Source of the DNA: Lama guanicoe
Lineage: Eukaryota
NCBI GenBank assembly: GCA_013239625.1
Contig: MU053911.1
Span: 362,132 to 426,131, forward strand
Direction of reading: 5' to 3'
DNA: 64,000 nucleotides
This document shows, piece after piece, positions 26,771 to 39,400 of this stretch (position 1 is its first letter; each line of letters begins with the position of its first letter). The notes below the pieces were generated by a model. The model ran no database searches, was not told where the DNA came from, and saw nothing but the letters and a program-made list of their open reading frames with translations. A program made the translations under genes and the position numbers.

Positions 26771-29700
26771 TCTCTGGATTCAGGAAGCACCGAGAAGCAG
26801 TTTAAATAAATCTACTTCACCTCTCCTTCCTCTCACTCATTTTAAATTGTAACTCACTGAAGAGCTGTAGGATATCTCATGTATTTGCCAAGACACAATT
26901 GTTTATTTTTTTCTTGTATGCCAGTGTATACCTGTATTTCAATTTTACCTTTTGTAAACATAGAGCTTCTGATTAAAATGAGCAAGGATGAGTTTTTAAT
27001 ATTGCTTTCGGAATGATTTATATTCACCATCTCCATCTGTTGACCAAGGAAGTATTAAAAGTGTTAGTCTCCAAAAGAATGGGAATAAAATTTTCAAAAT
27101 ATCAGAATGTGCAGCTATGAAATTATGTGCCTATGAGGGAACTTCAGAGACATCTGTGTCCCATCAGATCCTTGCCTTACTCTGGAAGGCTCTCCTTGGT
27201 AATCTCTCTAATTTATTGTTACAGTTGTCCACTTTGCAGGTTGCTAAAGTCAGCATTCTGACTACAGATGCATCATGCTTCAACAGCTGTGACAGAGGTT
27301 TTCACTGCTCAAGCACTAAGTTGCACTAATCTGTAAGATAATAAAATGTGCTAAGTGGCACACAGCATCATCTATTTGCATAATTCTTTGAAATGCTTCA
27401 TGTCTCTTAAAAATCTTAATGGAAAAATTTGTGTTTCCTCATTAAGTGTTTCTCCTTATTTGCGCTGAGCACAGGAAGTGGAGTGTCTCTGTAAAGGTCT
27501 TTGGAGTCCATTTTCAGAAAATGTGTCACTGAAGGAAACACTCAACAAAGACTTTGGTGAGCTTCTGAAAACAAGAATCGTCAGAGAGGACCTACGGTTC
27601 ACCCTCCTCATGTGGTTCCAGCACTGCAGCCTAGTAGTCCCTGAGTTTATGACACTGAAATACATGAGTGAGGCTTTCTATCTCCCATACTACAGGGCCA
27701 TGTGTATTACTACCATGTAAAAATTAGTGCTTAACTATTTTAAGTTAAATAACTTAAGAACCTGTAAATAACCCATGTCATTCATGAAAACCCTAATAAA
27801 CAGGGTTAGGAGAAGGCAAAAATCATCTCATCTGTGGATCCTGGGCTAAAGGGTGTTTCTCTGTAGTGCTGGGGATTGTCAAAACCAGAGTAAAGAATCA
27901 CCTTGGATTAGGTTTATCTTTAAGGGCAATTTTCTCTCTATCACAGAAAATCATGACATCGTCTTACCATGAGCATTCTCAGTTGGCCAAGGCCGATCAT
28001 CTTAGCACGTGAGATTCTAAAATGTTGTCAGAATGTAAGGTGTTCAATGTGCACTGGTATAAAAATAAACATAGATCAGAAATTCTCTCACGTCTTTTCT
28101 TAGCTTCACTCAGTGTTTTAAAACTTCTTAGGTGGGAGGAGGGAGTGCTGAATATGTATCTCTAGACATTTACATGGACACACAGAAATGTATTTCATAA
28201 ACTAAAGGAAAATTATTTTTATAAAGCCTACGGTATTCTCCCTGTCTTGATTTTACTGCCTGATGAGAGGTGATGAGAGGTGCACTAGGTAGACTTAGTC
28301 AATTTGGAATCACCGCTGTTCTGGGGGTGAGCGTGGCAACAGCAGCAGGTGTAACCAGAGTAGCAGCCATTCTGCAAACATTTTTTCATGATTACCTCTA
28401 ATCTGTCATTAGTTTTATAAATGAAGAACAGAAGTTCATTTCTCAGACACCCTCCAACCCCATGAACTGCTGTGGGCGTTACCTGTTGATTTAGTTGAAA
28501 TCAGGTGCCTGAAATACCATTCAGCATCCCGAGTGCTTAAACATAAGGAGCAGGAAATGCTACAGTGAAGGTGAGCTGTCTGTCCTCAGGGCTCATCAAA
28601 TAAACCACAGATGGAGGAGCTGTGCTGATGCGCAGAGAGTTGTTTTAAATTTTTTTAACCATTTAATTGCTGATGATGCAATTTAAATTATTTTATTTAT
28701 TTTCCCCTGAAGGGTATTATTATGCATCTACTTCATGATAGGGTTTTTGTGTCTGGTACTTTCTGTGTTGCAGTTTGTTAATAGTTTATTTAATTGCTAT
28801 AAAGTTTTGGTGAAAACAATTAAAAAAAACGTTTGAACTTTGTATATTGCCCAATATTATTGATTTGTCAGTCAACTACCATTTTAAAAATTAATCAATT
28901 CCTTTCAATAGTTACACATTACTAAAAAATACCATAAAACTTTGTGGATTTAAAAGGTTAAGCTTTCCATAATATTTGCATATTTATTGTAAACATAGTA
29001 ACTTTAAAATTTTTAATTAAAATTACAGTTCTAGCATATTCATTTAAGTGTGTTGACATCTTAAAAGCAGACAAATCATAAAAAGTAATTATAAAACAGA
29101 TTGTAGTATTTACAATAACATAGTCTGAAATATTACTTATAAACATTATTTTAAAATGACACAGCTAAATTTGCATTTTCATCACCACAGCTCTTGTTCC
29201 TGTGTGACTTCTCCTCCTGTGGTCTCATCACTGACTTGGTCGACTGGACCAGCAGGAGGCCCCTTGTCTCAGCCGGGGAGGTTCTTTTTCTGACTGATTT
29301 CACGCAGCCAGTGATAAAGCTGATGCTGAGACTGGAACAGCACAGGCTTCACTCAATGGCCAAAGAGTGGAGAAGCAGGGACCTCGTTTGCAAGCCAACT
29401 CCTCAATGCAGTTCAGGTGGAAATACCAAATACACAGGAGGGTGGAGGTAAAACGGAAATGACTGTGAAGGAGGAATATTCATGAGCCATCTGAGAACAG
29501 GGGTGTGGTTTGGACCCAGAACTGAGGCAGTTGTCCTTTTCACTCCTTGTATGGGCTCTTGAAACTTAGATAAGAGCAATTGGTTTCCATTCAAGGGACA
29601 GGCAGAGGTATGATTCTGGGGCAACAGCCTTGGTAATAGTCTTAATAATCTTACTGGAATAAAGTGAAAAATGAGCACTGTCTTGGCAAGTCGGTTCTCA

Positions 29701-30256
29701 AGATCTGCATTATTAACCAATTATTTCTTTTAAAGAACAGGTCCTGACAAGCATGTCAGTTATTTAAATCCATGTGCTGATCATCATACTGAGCTGCTAA
29801 CTTATTGTTACACCTAAATTGTGCCAAAGCAATACTATTTATCATCTATGCCTTCACATTAGCTTTGATTTTATGCAACCCATGGTGCCCCCCTAAATAA
29901 CACACTTTTATGATTACCCATTTTTTTGTAATTATATTGACATGCTCTATTTCCACTAGTAAAACTGTATGTTTTTCATTAATTTTTAACATTTTTAATT
30001 GAAGTGTAGTCAAACTATGTATTTTTTTTTAATTTAATTATTACTATTTGATCTAGCTAGAGAATTTTTCTCCTAGGAGATAAATTATACCTGCATTTTA
30101 AGACATTTGGCTAATTGGTTTTCTTAGAACATTGTTAAATGTTCTTCTTATCTACTTATTATGTGTGATGACTAGTGCTAATTAATACTCGAACCCTCTT
30201 TGTAACTAATTAGTATGTGTCAACCATTATTGATCAGTCATCCTTCAGTTAGGGTG

Positions 30257-30931
30257 AGGGTTAGCAAACCATCCCAGGCTTGCCACCTGTTTTTATAAAG
30301 TTTTATTGGAACACAGCACACCCATCATTTAGGTGTTGTTTATACAATGCTTTTGCATGTGTAAACAAAAAGAACAAAGAGTCTCACTCAGCATCTGGTT
30401 ATGCAAAAGATGAGATCATAACCCTCTGCAGTTGCCCTTGACAGTGAGCCCTGGGGATTTTCAGGATGGAGAAAAATAGAGTGAATCATTTTGTGTTTGG
30501 AATATATGGCCCCTAGATAGTTAAGATGCTTATCTAAGGAAGAATTCCAAGGACCCTAGATTCTTGTCTCTTTCCATACATAGAAAATCACTAAAATCAT
30601 TAACTTGAGATGTCTGGTTTTTGTATTTTCTGTTTGTGTTTTTTGACTACATGTATTTCTGTGGTCAAAAATTTCATATATGTACTGGCTGCTCCCTCAC
30701 CTCTTTGGAACAGTTTCTCAGAGCTATCTGAGAGGCTGTCTCTTGGGCTATAGTCCTCACTAAGGTCCCCACATAAAACTGAAAATCATTGCTTTTACAT
30801 TGTGATTTTTTGTTGTTGTTGTTTTCAGTTGACACACTATAGCAGTAAAGCTGAGTAGTTTCAACAGAGACCACATGGTCTGCAAAGGCTAAAATGTTAC
30901 CCTTCACTAAAATCTTTTTGCCAAACCATGC
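30257..30931 (+). mobile_element. MER58A-like hAT-Charlie MITE interrupted by an LTR
   Basis: 5' half (aaagttttattggaacacagc) at 30257-30359 and 3' half (gctgagtagtttcaacagagaccacatggtctgcaaaggctaaaat) at 30835-30931. Confidence 0.8.
30360..30834 (+). mobile_element. ERV1 solo LTR (MER34/MER39-like)
   Basis: Termini tgtaaac...gttgaca. Motif ctcagagctatctgagaggctgtctcttgggctatagtcctca. Confidence 0.8.
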
Positions 30932-33651
30932 CTTATGGGACAGTACTTAATTTTCGGGAACAATTTATGTAAAAGTCTCTGTATGCTTTTTAAAAAAATT
31001 ATTTAAAGAAATAGAAACATAGTACCTTATTAAAGTAGAGCTTGGCTAATTATTCAGTGATAATAGTTTGTGTTCTGGGACTCAAAGTTAAACTACATTT
31101 CTCATCTCTTGTATAGCTAATTGTGGTCAGGTGGTTGAATTCTTGTTAATAAAATGTGGATGAAACTGAGATTTGAACTGATGTGAGAGAAAAAATTCTT
31201 TATTAAATTCTGAGTTCTAGAAATTGTTTAATAGTGAGTAATGCATTTGTAGACATATTTAATTTAAAGAAGAAATAAAATTCCCATTTAATGAATGCTT
31301 CAATTCATGTTCTATTATGTCTACTCTCTTTGTGAAAAATTTATACTAATAATTTATTCCTTTTGAGGATTATTATGAACACATGCTCTTTTAAAAATTT
31401 AACTTTTCTGGTTAAATTTAATTATTGTATTAACAAATGTTATATATCATTATCAAATAAAACATAATAGAACTATCATTGTTTATTATTTCATGTTTAG
31501 ACTACTACAGATTGACTTATAGAACAGTTTTTAATTGACTCTTTTTCATATTTCCCCTAAAATTTGCGAAGTACCTTTGATGTTTTACAACAAAATGTTT
31601 CGGATTCATGGTGATTTTTTCCCCTTCAAAACATGTAATTAAGTAGCCTCAAGGAATTTGGGCTACTTTAATTGGAGTATAGCGTTAGAGCTGATATCGA
31701 GGTGTCAGTGACGCACGGAGAAGTAGCACTGGTTAAAAGTTCTCCTTCTGCTGCTGACAGAGGTGGAGAAATACTACACTTCTGAGTTCAATTTTTCTTC
31801 CAAATTACAATACACACCCTCACAGCCTCTAGCGTGCAGAGCTGCATCGGTGCTCTACTGCAATGACACTTTGCTTTACAGTAATCAATGCTACCATGCA
31901 ATTTGATGCAATTAAATGATTTGTTAAATTTATGTTTTCTTTCTATCTTTGGGCTAGTAATGACCTCACTACTGGGTTTGCAAAGTAATGTAGTAACAAT
32001 ATTTAGTGATTTGATGTTTTGTAATCAATCATAGGTGTGATCTTCCAATTTTGAAAGTTGTATAAATAAGTGCAAAGCAAAATAATGCTTAGACTTGGAG
32101 GCTGTTCAATGTGAGTCCTGTACGCGTTGGCACAGTAGCTTGTGGGGCGCGTGGCAAGGTGCACTGAGTACCAGGAAAGCGGTGCTGGTGTCCGCGCGTG
32201 GACGCGCAGAGACTTGTGCACCACTGCAGGTCCTCTTGTGGACCACCTTCCTTCCTAACCAGACACCTTTGGAGGGCAATAGGTATAAAGCACATAGAAT
32301 CATTATCTGTGACTTCTGGCTACCAGAGATCAAAAAAACCAGAATACAGAAAAACAAACCTCCTACCACCAGATTTTATACTGAGGATATGGAGAAAGAC
32401 TGGAAATGCGGTTACCTATGACACTTTGGGGCCAAACCAGGTGTAAAATGAAATTCCTCATTTAGTGAACAAACAGAACATTGAGGAGTTGATTTGTACT
32501 GAATTATGGAAATACGACTGTGTCTCTTCATCATAAATTTGAAAAGTTTTGAAATTTGTGTATAAGAAGTACAAATGTCTGCTTTCAGTCACTACAATGT
32601 TAAAACACAGGAGAAGATTAACAAATACAAGTGTTCGTCATATGTCTCAAATGTCTGCAGCAGATGTCAGAGAAATTAAGAACAATGAACTCATGCTGCA
32701 TATAACATTGCACTTGGGGGGCACGATACAGTGTACCTCGAGATGGTGGGAAGAATCTCAAATGACAGTCTGAAATCTGACCTAGACCTGGATGATTATC
32801 TTTGTTTCCTAAACGCATCCATTTTTAACTCTTAATTAGACTACAAGTAAGGCATCTGATTTTACTTGATACACATTCTGAACATAATTTCAGGTGTGTT
32901 CCTATTCTTATTTAGAGTTTCCAAAAAAGTCTTCATTTGAATTAGGATTGACATTATATATAAGGTATCCCTTTATTTTCCTCTTTTTAAAAAATGATTC
33001 CTTTGAAAATATACTGCCTGGAGGAAGGGTTGAGAAACATTAATCTTTAAAAACTTTACGGACTTGCATGGAAATATAATTTTATTAAATTTTCAAATAT
33101 TTTTCTTCCTAACCCTTTCTTTTTAATATTTCTTTTTTTTTCCGAAAATTTTCCTTTGTGTTTCTTTCCATGTGCATGAATCCATCAGTAGAAACTTAGC
33201 AGATGAGCAAAACAAAATGCTGATTTTTTAGGAAAGTTTATAGAAAATAAAATGGGAAAAATAGTTGGATCCCAGAGAATATCTTATATTGAGATAGGCA
33301 GAAAGCCTTGGACACGTCCTCGTATAACGAAGCTCTCGATACAGCTTCTGAGACCTCACTGTGAAAACAACTTGGGTGATGGCCTCCAAGGAGCGCTCTT
33401 GCTGAGCAGGAGACGGGGCGTTTTGCTTCTGCTGCCTCCGCTTCTGTGCACGCACTCCACACACGCACACGCACTGAGCGGGGTGCTGCCGTGAAAAGGA
33501 GAGGTGCATGGAGACGGGAGCCTGGGGGGTAACTGCATTTCTGTTTCAGGCACCGGTGTGGACGACAGTGTGTCCAACGTGCAGAATGAAACATCCCTCC
33601 ACACGGACTAACTTCTCTCTGCTGAGCAGTCACTCCCCAGGGGCAGGCACG

Positions 33652-34117
33652 TGTTACCAACGGAAGGCAAGTCCACCCTGAGGCCAAACAAACTGAAATG
33701 TCAGAGTTTGGAGCAGAGAAAGGTCGACTGAAGGGTGGGGCAAGGAGGATGGGGTGGCTTTTGCCCAAGAAAACCCAAACTCCCTGAAGGGCTTCAGCAA
33801 AGCGCGTTTAAAGGCAGGTGAGGTGCGTGGGGGGCCCAGGGTACGTGAGTAGCTGTGCACAATTCTCTGGTCGATGTGGAGGGAACAGGGTGGGTCAACA
33901 CTATTAACCTGAAGACACCAGAAGGTCTGGGGGCCATGTGCTCTCCATCATCAAGTAGTTCATTTCTTCCATTGGGTGGTGGCTTTTTTTAGCATCTGAA
34001 CAACTCAGGAAATAGACCTGAGATGCTATTACCCAGGCCCTTCAGAGATGAGCTGCAGCAGAGGACCTGGGGCGGGGTCTGACCCTGGACGGCCCCACGG
34101 GTTCCTGCTTGGTTACA
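33652..34117 (-). mobile_element. ERV1-type solo LTR (~466 bp)
   Basis: Inverted termini tgttacc...ggttaca. Flanks cacg/cgtg are consistent with a CpG-decayed 4-bp TSD. Motif gagtttggagcagagaaagg. Confidence 0.82.
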
Positions 34118-34495
34118 CGTGTGCTTCACACAGTTAAGAGGTCACAAGTAACAAAGAGCTGGACCTAAGGAAAAGGACTGGTTTCACACTGCAATTCTCA
34201 GACAAGATAAAATTCCAAAAAGAGGCTGGAAAATACTCTATTTCAAATATAAGCTGAAAGCATTTTCATCTTATATCTAACCACTTCACAGCAAAAAGTC
34301 TCTCTTTTTTTTTTTTTGTATAGACAGAAATAAGATATTGGAGGCCAAAATCTTGTTTCCAGTTTAAGACTTTTAAAATACATTGTAAGATATTGCTTGA
34401 GGATGACAATATTTTCTTTAAATATTCTTACCTTTATATCTTTCCTCATATCTTAATTTTGTTGACATTCATTTTGTACCAATAATAATTTTATA

Positions 34496-34662
34496 GAGGG
34501 GAAGCTATAGCTCAAGCAGTAGAGTGCATGCTTAGCATGCATGAGGTCCTGGGTTCAATCCCCAGTGCCTCATCTAAAAATAAATAAACCTAATTACCTC
34601 ACCCCCCACCAAAATAAAATAATTAAATAATACAATAATAAATAAATAAAACTGTTTAAAAA
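34496..34662 (+). mobile_element. tRNA-Ala-derived SINE (Vic-1-like, camelid)
   Basis: Box A tagctcaagcagta, anticodon-like arm tgcttagcatgca, Box B ggttcaatcc, tail aacctaattacc + A-rich. TSD aataat(a/g)attttata at 34481-34495 and 34663-34677. Confidence 0.9.
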
Positions 34663-35870
34663 AATAATGATTTTATATCAACATTCATTTTTCCCTTATT
34701 TGAAAATCAACTAAAGTCTACTTTTGCTTTAAAATATACATTTCAAATTTAATTCCCTTTAAAATACCAATTCTTGTTCTTATTTTTCCTTAGCAAGTGA
34801 ATATCCCAGCCTCATAGCTCTTTGCCAAGCCTTGGCCTCAAAATGTTGTATTTAAAAAGCACTAAAGAACACAAACTTATTCAAACTCTTGGAATGCCTG
34901 AGCCTGCAACTCCAGGAAAGCCTTTCTTTAAAACCAATGAACTTTTCAGGGCCGTTGAGAACTGACCAGAGGGGCCAATTAGCTGCTGCACAATTGGACT
35001 CTTCCTGATGCTTTGTCAATAATTTATAAAACAGAGAGGGCAGGGGGGTCACTGTCACTGAGGGAGTTAAAATTAAAATGTTTCTCTTACACACTACGCT
35101 CTAGAGAGTGAGAGGGTCCTTTTTTTTTCCAGAGGAGATCCATTTTGATGGAAAACAGGCAGTAAGGTGTGCTTTGCTGAGAGCTGACTTTCATGCAGTA
35201 GCCATGGCCTGTTTCTGCATACATTTTCTTCACCTGCCTGAGATTTCAAATTGCTAGTAGGTAATGCAAACATAGTGCTCTATTTGTTCATTTTTTTCTC
35301 TGTTGGTTTTTCCACAAACTTGGAATCCTACTAACTCCCACAGAATTAATCCTTCCTTTTCTTTCTTCACTCATTAATATGAAGAAGCCCAGTAGACTGA
35401 AATATTTCCCATTTACCTCTGGGGATCTAGCTTCAATTTCTGCATTAGTCACAAAGGAATGAGTGTGGAGTCCTCATTTCATTCAAAGAGAGTGGATATC
35501 CTGAATCCGGTTACTATCTGTTGCGGTACAACATTCGCTTCAGTCCTCAAACTTTGTGACAGATGAGGAGCATTAAAGGACACTTTCATTATTTACCATG
35601 TTCATTAAGAAACATGGTAAATTTTAAATGGCTGTATTGAAAGAATTTAAGCTGAGACTCAATGCATAATAGCAAGACAAGCTTTTTGAAAGGGTTTGGA
35701 TTTTGGAACTTTTTTGATAAATAACAGTTGAGAGTCATGAGAAATTCTGAGTTCACTAAAGATAGAGCTTAATGAACAGGTAGAGCGGAGGCACTTAAAA
35801 CATAGAAATTAAACTAAAAAGTATTCCAGTCAAACTGATCATTCCATTTGTCTTAGTCAGGAAGGCTTCA

Positions 35871-35982
35871 CCATTCACAGTGTTACATGTATCAAGTCAT
35901 CACATTGTACACGATAAATACATTATGATTTTAATCATCAATGATACCTTAGCAAAGATGGAAAAAATAATAAAAAATAAAA
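35871..35982 (+). mobile_element. Old L1 (L1MA9/L1MA10-like) 3' terminus
   Basis: catgtatcaagtcatcacattgtacac...ataccttagcaaagatggaaaaa. Confidence 0.7.
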
Positions 35983-36424
35983 GGAAGAATGCTTCACGAC
36001 ACAAAAAGTCTTCAGAAAATTCAAATAAACATTAAATCCTTTCAGTGAAAATTAATGTACTGCATTAGCATCCAGAAGAATTTTTTTAAAAAGAATTTCC
36101 TCTAGCTTTTGAACAGAATTAACATTAATGATTTCTTTCTAGCCTCTGTCTTAAGTTTGATTAAAATCCACTCTACCCACCCCAACATCATGGGGAGGAG
36201 GGGAGAGAAAGAAATGAGAGAAATAGTTGCACATGTTAAATAACAAACGTTTCTTCAGGGACAGGAAAGGGCACAGGTCAGGGCAGCAGCCACACCAGCG
36301 CCCAAAGCTGGCGGCTCCAAGCAGCGCATCCCAAGGCTTCGCGTGGGGAGGAGGGGAGGCGCTCCTGTCCTTTCCTTTGACCTTGGCTACTTCTACTCCT
36401 TTTCTTTCCTCACTTTTACCCAAA

Positions 36425-37168
36425 TTCTTCTTTTCTAATATAGATATTCAATGCTACACATTTTGCTCTAAACAACACTTTTGCTACATCCCACCAATTT
36501 TAATGTTATGTTTCAATTTTACATTAGTTCAAAATATTTTCAAAATTTAACTTGAGAGGTCTCTGACTGGTGGATTATTTGCAAGTGTGTGGTTTAATTT
36601 CTAAATATTCAGGGATCGCCCAGCTATCTTTCTGTTATTGATTTCCAGTTTAATTTCGTGTGGTCTAAGAATGTACGTTGTATGATTTTTATTCCTTTTG
36701 CATTTGCTAGAGTATCCTGTGGCCCAGAACGTGTTCTCTTGGTTAATCTTCCATGGAGCCCTGAGAGAGTGGTACACTGTGTGGCTATTGGATAGAATGT
36801 TGCATAAATGTCGATTAGATCAAATTCATTAGTATTGCTGTTCACATCAAATGTGTTGGCACTGATTCTCTGCCTGCTTGATCCAGCAATTGCAGCCGGG
36901 GCTGCTGGCGTCTCCAACTAAAGGGTGCGATTTGTCTGTGTCTCCTTCCTGTTCTTTCAGTTTTTAGTGTGATATACTTCAAATATTCTGATGCGCTATG
37001 TGATTGAGATTGTTACATCTTCTAAAATTAACCCCTTTTCATTATGTAATGCCTCTCTGTATCCCAAGCTGTCGCCCTGCATGAAGATGTTGTGTCTGAA
37101 GTTAGTATAGCTACTAGAGTTTTCCCTTGATGAGTGTTAGTGGGTAATATCTTTTTCAAATCCTTTAC
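36425..37168 (-). mobile_element. Old L1 ORF2 endonuclease-region remnant
   Basis: Minus ORF DLIDIYATFYP...IKIIQRTFLDH corresponds to L1 endonuclease DLIDIYRTLHP...SDH motifs. Confidence 0.85.
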
Positions 37169-37244
37169 TTTTTTTTGTTGTGCTTTTTGCATCATTTATT
37201 TTGATAAGGAAGGCAATGAGACAGCCTTGTTCTTAATATATGGA

Positions 37245-37648
37245 TTTCTTTTTATATTTTTCGTTATAGGCCATTACAAGATATTGAATATACTTCCATG
37301 TGCTCTACAGTAGGACCTTGCTGTTTATCTATTTTATATATGGTAGTTAGTATCTGCAAATCCCAAACTCCCAATTTATCCCTTCCCACCCTTTTCCTCC
37401 TGGTAACCATAAGTTGGTTTTCTATGTCTATGAGTCTGTCTCCATTTCGTAAATAAGTTCATCTGTGTCCTTTTTTATTTTTTTAGATTCCACATATAGT
37501 AATATATAGTATTTTTCTTTCTCTTTCTGGCTTACTCCACTCAGTATACAATCACTAGGTCCACCTATGTTGCTGTAAATGGCATTATTTTATTCTTTTT
37601 TATGGCTGAATAGTATTTCATTGTGTATATATACATATACCATAACTT
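37245..37648 (-). mobile_element. L1 3' fragment lacking the normal terminal ~100 nt
   Basis: ttataggccattacaagatattgaatata...ggctgaatagtatttcattgtg. Confidence 0.9.
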
Positions 37649-37687
37649 CTTTTTTGTTGTTGTTTTTCATTTGTTTGTTTTTTTGGT

Positions 37688-38090
37688 TTTATTATAGGTT
37701 ATTACAAGACATTGAATATAGTTCCCTGTGCTACACAGAGAAAATCTGTTTTTTATTTGTTTTATATATAGTGATATTTGTGTATCTTGAACTCCCAAGT
37801 TCTCCCTTTCCCCCTTTTCCCCCCAGTAACCATAAGTTTATTTACTATGTCTGTGAGTCTGTTTCTGTTTTGTAGATAAGTTCATTAGCATCTTTTTTCT
37901 TTTCTTTTTGCTTTTGCTTTTCTTTTCTTTTTAGGTTCTGAATATTAGTGATATTATATGATATTTTTCTTTCTCTTTCTAACTTACTTCACTTATGTAT
38001 GAATATGCATGACTGGGACATTATGCTGGACACCAGAGACTGACACATCACAACTGACTCTACTTCAATTTAAAAAAAAAAAGAAAAAAA
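37688..38090. mobile_element. L1 3' UTR in two orientations: minus 37688-37995 joined to a plus-strand terminus 37996-38090 with poly(A)
   Basis: Minus part ttataggttattacaag...acttacttcactta directly abuts plus part tgtatgaatatgcatgactggg...ctacttcaattt + A-run. Confidence 0.85.
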
Positions 38091-38104
38091 TGCATTGGGC
38101 AAAA

Positions 38105-38228
38105 AAATTCATATGTTGAAGCCCTACCCTCGAATGTGATGGTGTCTGGAGACGGGCCTTTGGGGTTAGGCGAGGTCCTGAGAGCAGGACCCTGGGCTGA
38201 TGGGACCTGTGCCTTTGCAAGAGACAGC
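38105..38228 (+). mobile_element. MLT1A-like LTR fragment
   Basis: aattcatatgttgaagccctaccctcgaatgtgatggtgtctggaga...gcctttgggg. Confidence 0.8.
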
Positions 38229-39009
38229 ATTATACTTACTGCCCATTTTAATTTAAAGCCAGCTCTTCATGTCCATTGTAAACTCTACTTTCAGCTCAGC
38301 AAAAAGTTTGCCATTCTCCAGAAGTGATGTTCTTTTCTTCACTTGTGAGTCTCTGTACACATTAGATGAGAGTCTGACTGTTCACGTGTGTGTGCACGTG
38401 TACCTGCGTGGGTTTCCCTTCCATTTTACCACTGGAAGGAAGCTCTTGCCGGCCCAGCCCAGGCAGCACTTCCTGCCTCCATGTGTTGGGGAGTCACCCT
38501 TCTAAAGACCGGTTTCACAGAGCGAGCCAGGTGTCTGCCCTGCAGGATATGTGAGGGACACTCAGAGTCATTCACGCCCACGAAAATGGAATTCTGCACC
38601 ATGTCTTCCTGTTGCGAGACCCACAGTACAGTTAAATCTTCACCTTCAACCTCTGCTTACTGCTGTGTTCTTCTGTTCTGTTTCTAGTCCACAGAGACGC
38701 TTTCCTAATTTTTGAGTGACACTGTATATTTTAAATATAGCTTTGGTGCTTCTATGTAGAGATAAAAACAGCAATGATGAATAAACTGTAAAAATAGAAA
38801 ACCTAAGGACATAACCACACTTACTTACAAGGCAGAAATCTCCACAGCAGAGGAATGAATCCAAACCCCAAAACTTGGTGAAGAGCTGAGATCTCTGCCT
38901 CGCTGGGCCTGGGGCCAGAATGAGGCAGTGGCAGTATAATTCAAAAATCTGTTCTCCCAAATTTGTTGTCCAGCGGTGTTGTTACGATGCCTCAGTGAGC
39001 CTGACGCAC

Positions 39010-39400
39010 GTGTATAAGTGCACATGTGCAAGAATTTCTCTACAGAATAGAGCTTAGCAGGGAAATTTCTGGGTCTTGGCACAGGCATGTTTTGAATTTT
39101 CAATATGTCGCCAAATTGGTTTCCAAATTGTAGCAATTTACAGCTCCACTAGCACAGTTATGAGAGTTTCTCTTTCCATATCCTGCCTACATGCACTGCT
39201 GTTGCCTGACACCCCGCCTCTACCCCAAGCACCGCAGCTGATGGAAGTAATGGAGTGTCTCATTGTTTTCATTTGGGTCCTTGGTGACTGAGGTTGAACT
39301 ATGTTTCATTTTCAATAGGTATTTAGGGTTTCATTTTCTGTAAGCTTGCCTGTTGATACTTGTTGCCCATTTTTGTTGGTTTTGGGGAGTTTCCCATAAT
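39010..39400 (-). mobile_element. Ancient L1 (L1ME/L1MC-like) ORF2 3' remnant
   Basis: gcacatgtgcaagaatttctct...ccaaattgtagcaatttacagctccactagca...tctcattgttttcatttg. Confidence 0.7.

Noticed and set aside
33238..33768. 176-aa minus-strand ORF
   Set aside because: Begins inside a solo LTR at a non-ATG codon; low-complexity content and no domain.
34496..34575. tRNA-Ala-like sequence
   Set aside because: It has a SINE tail, A-rich end, TSD and dispersed copies, and lacks a proper acceptor stem.
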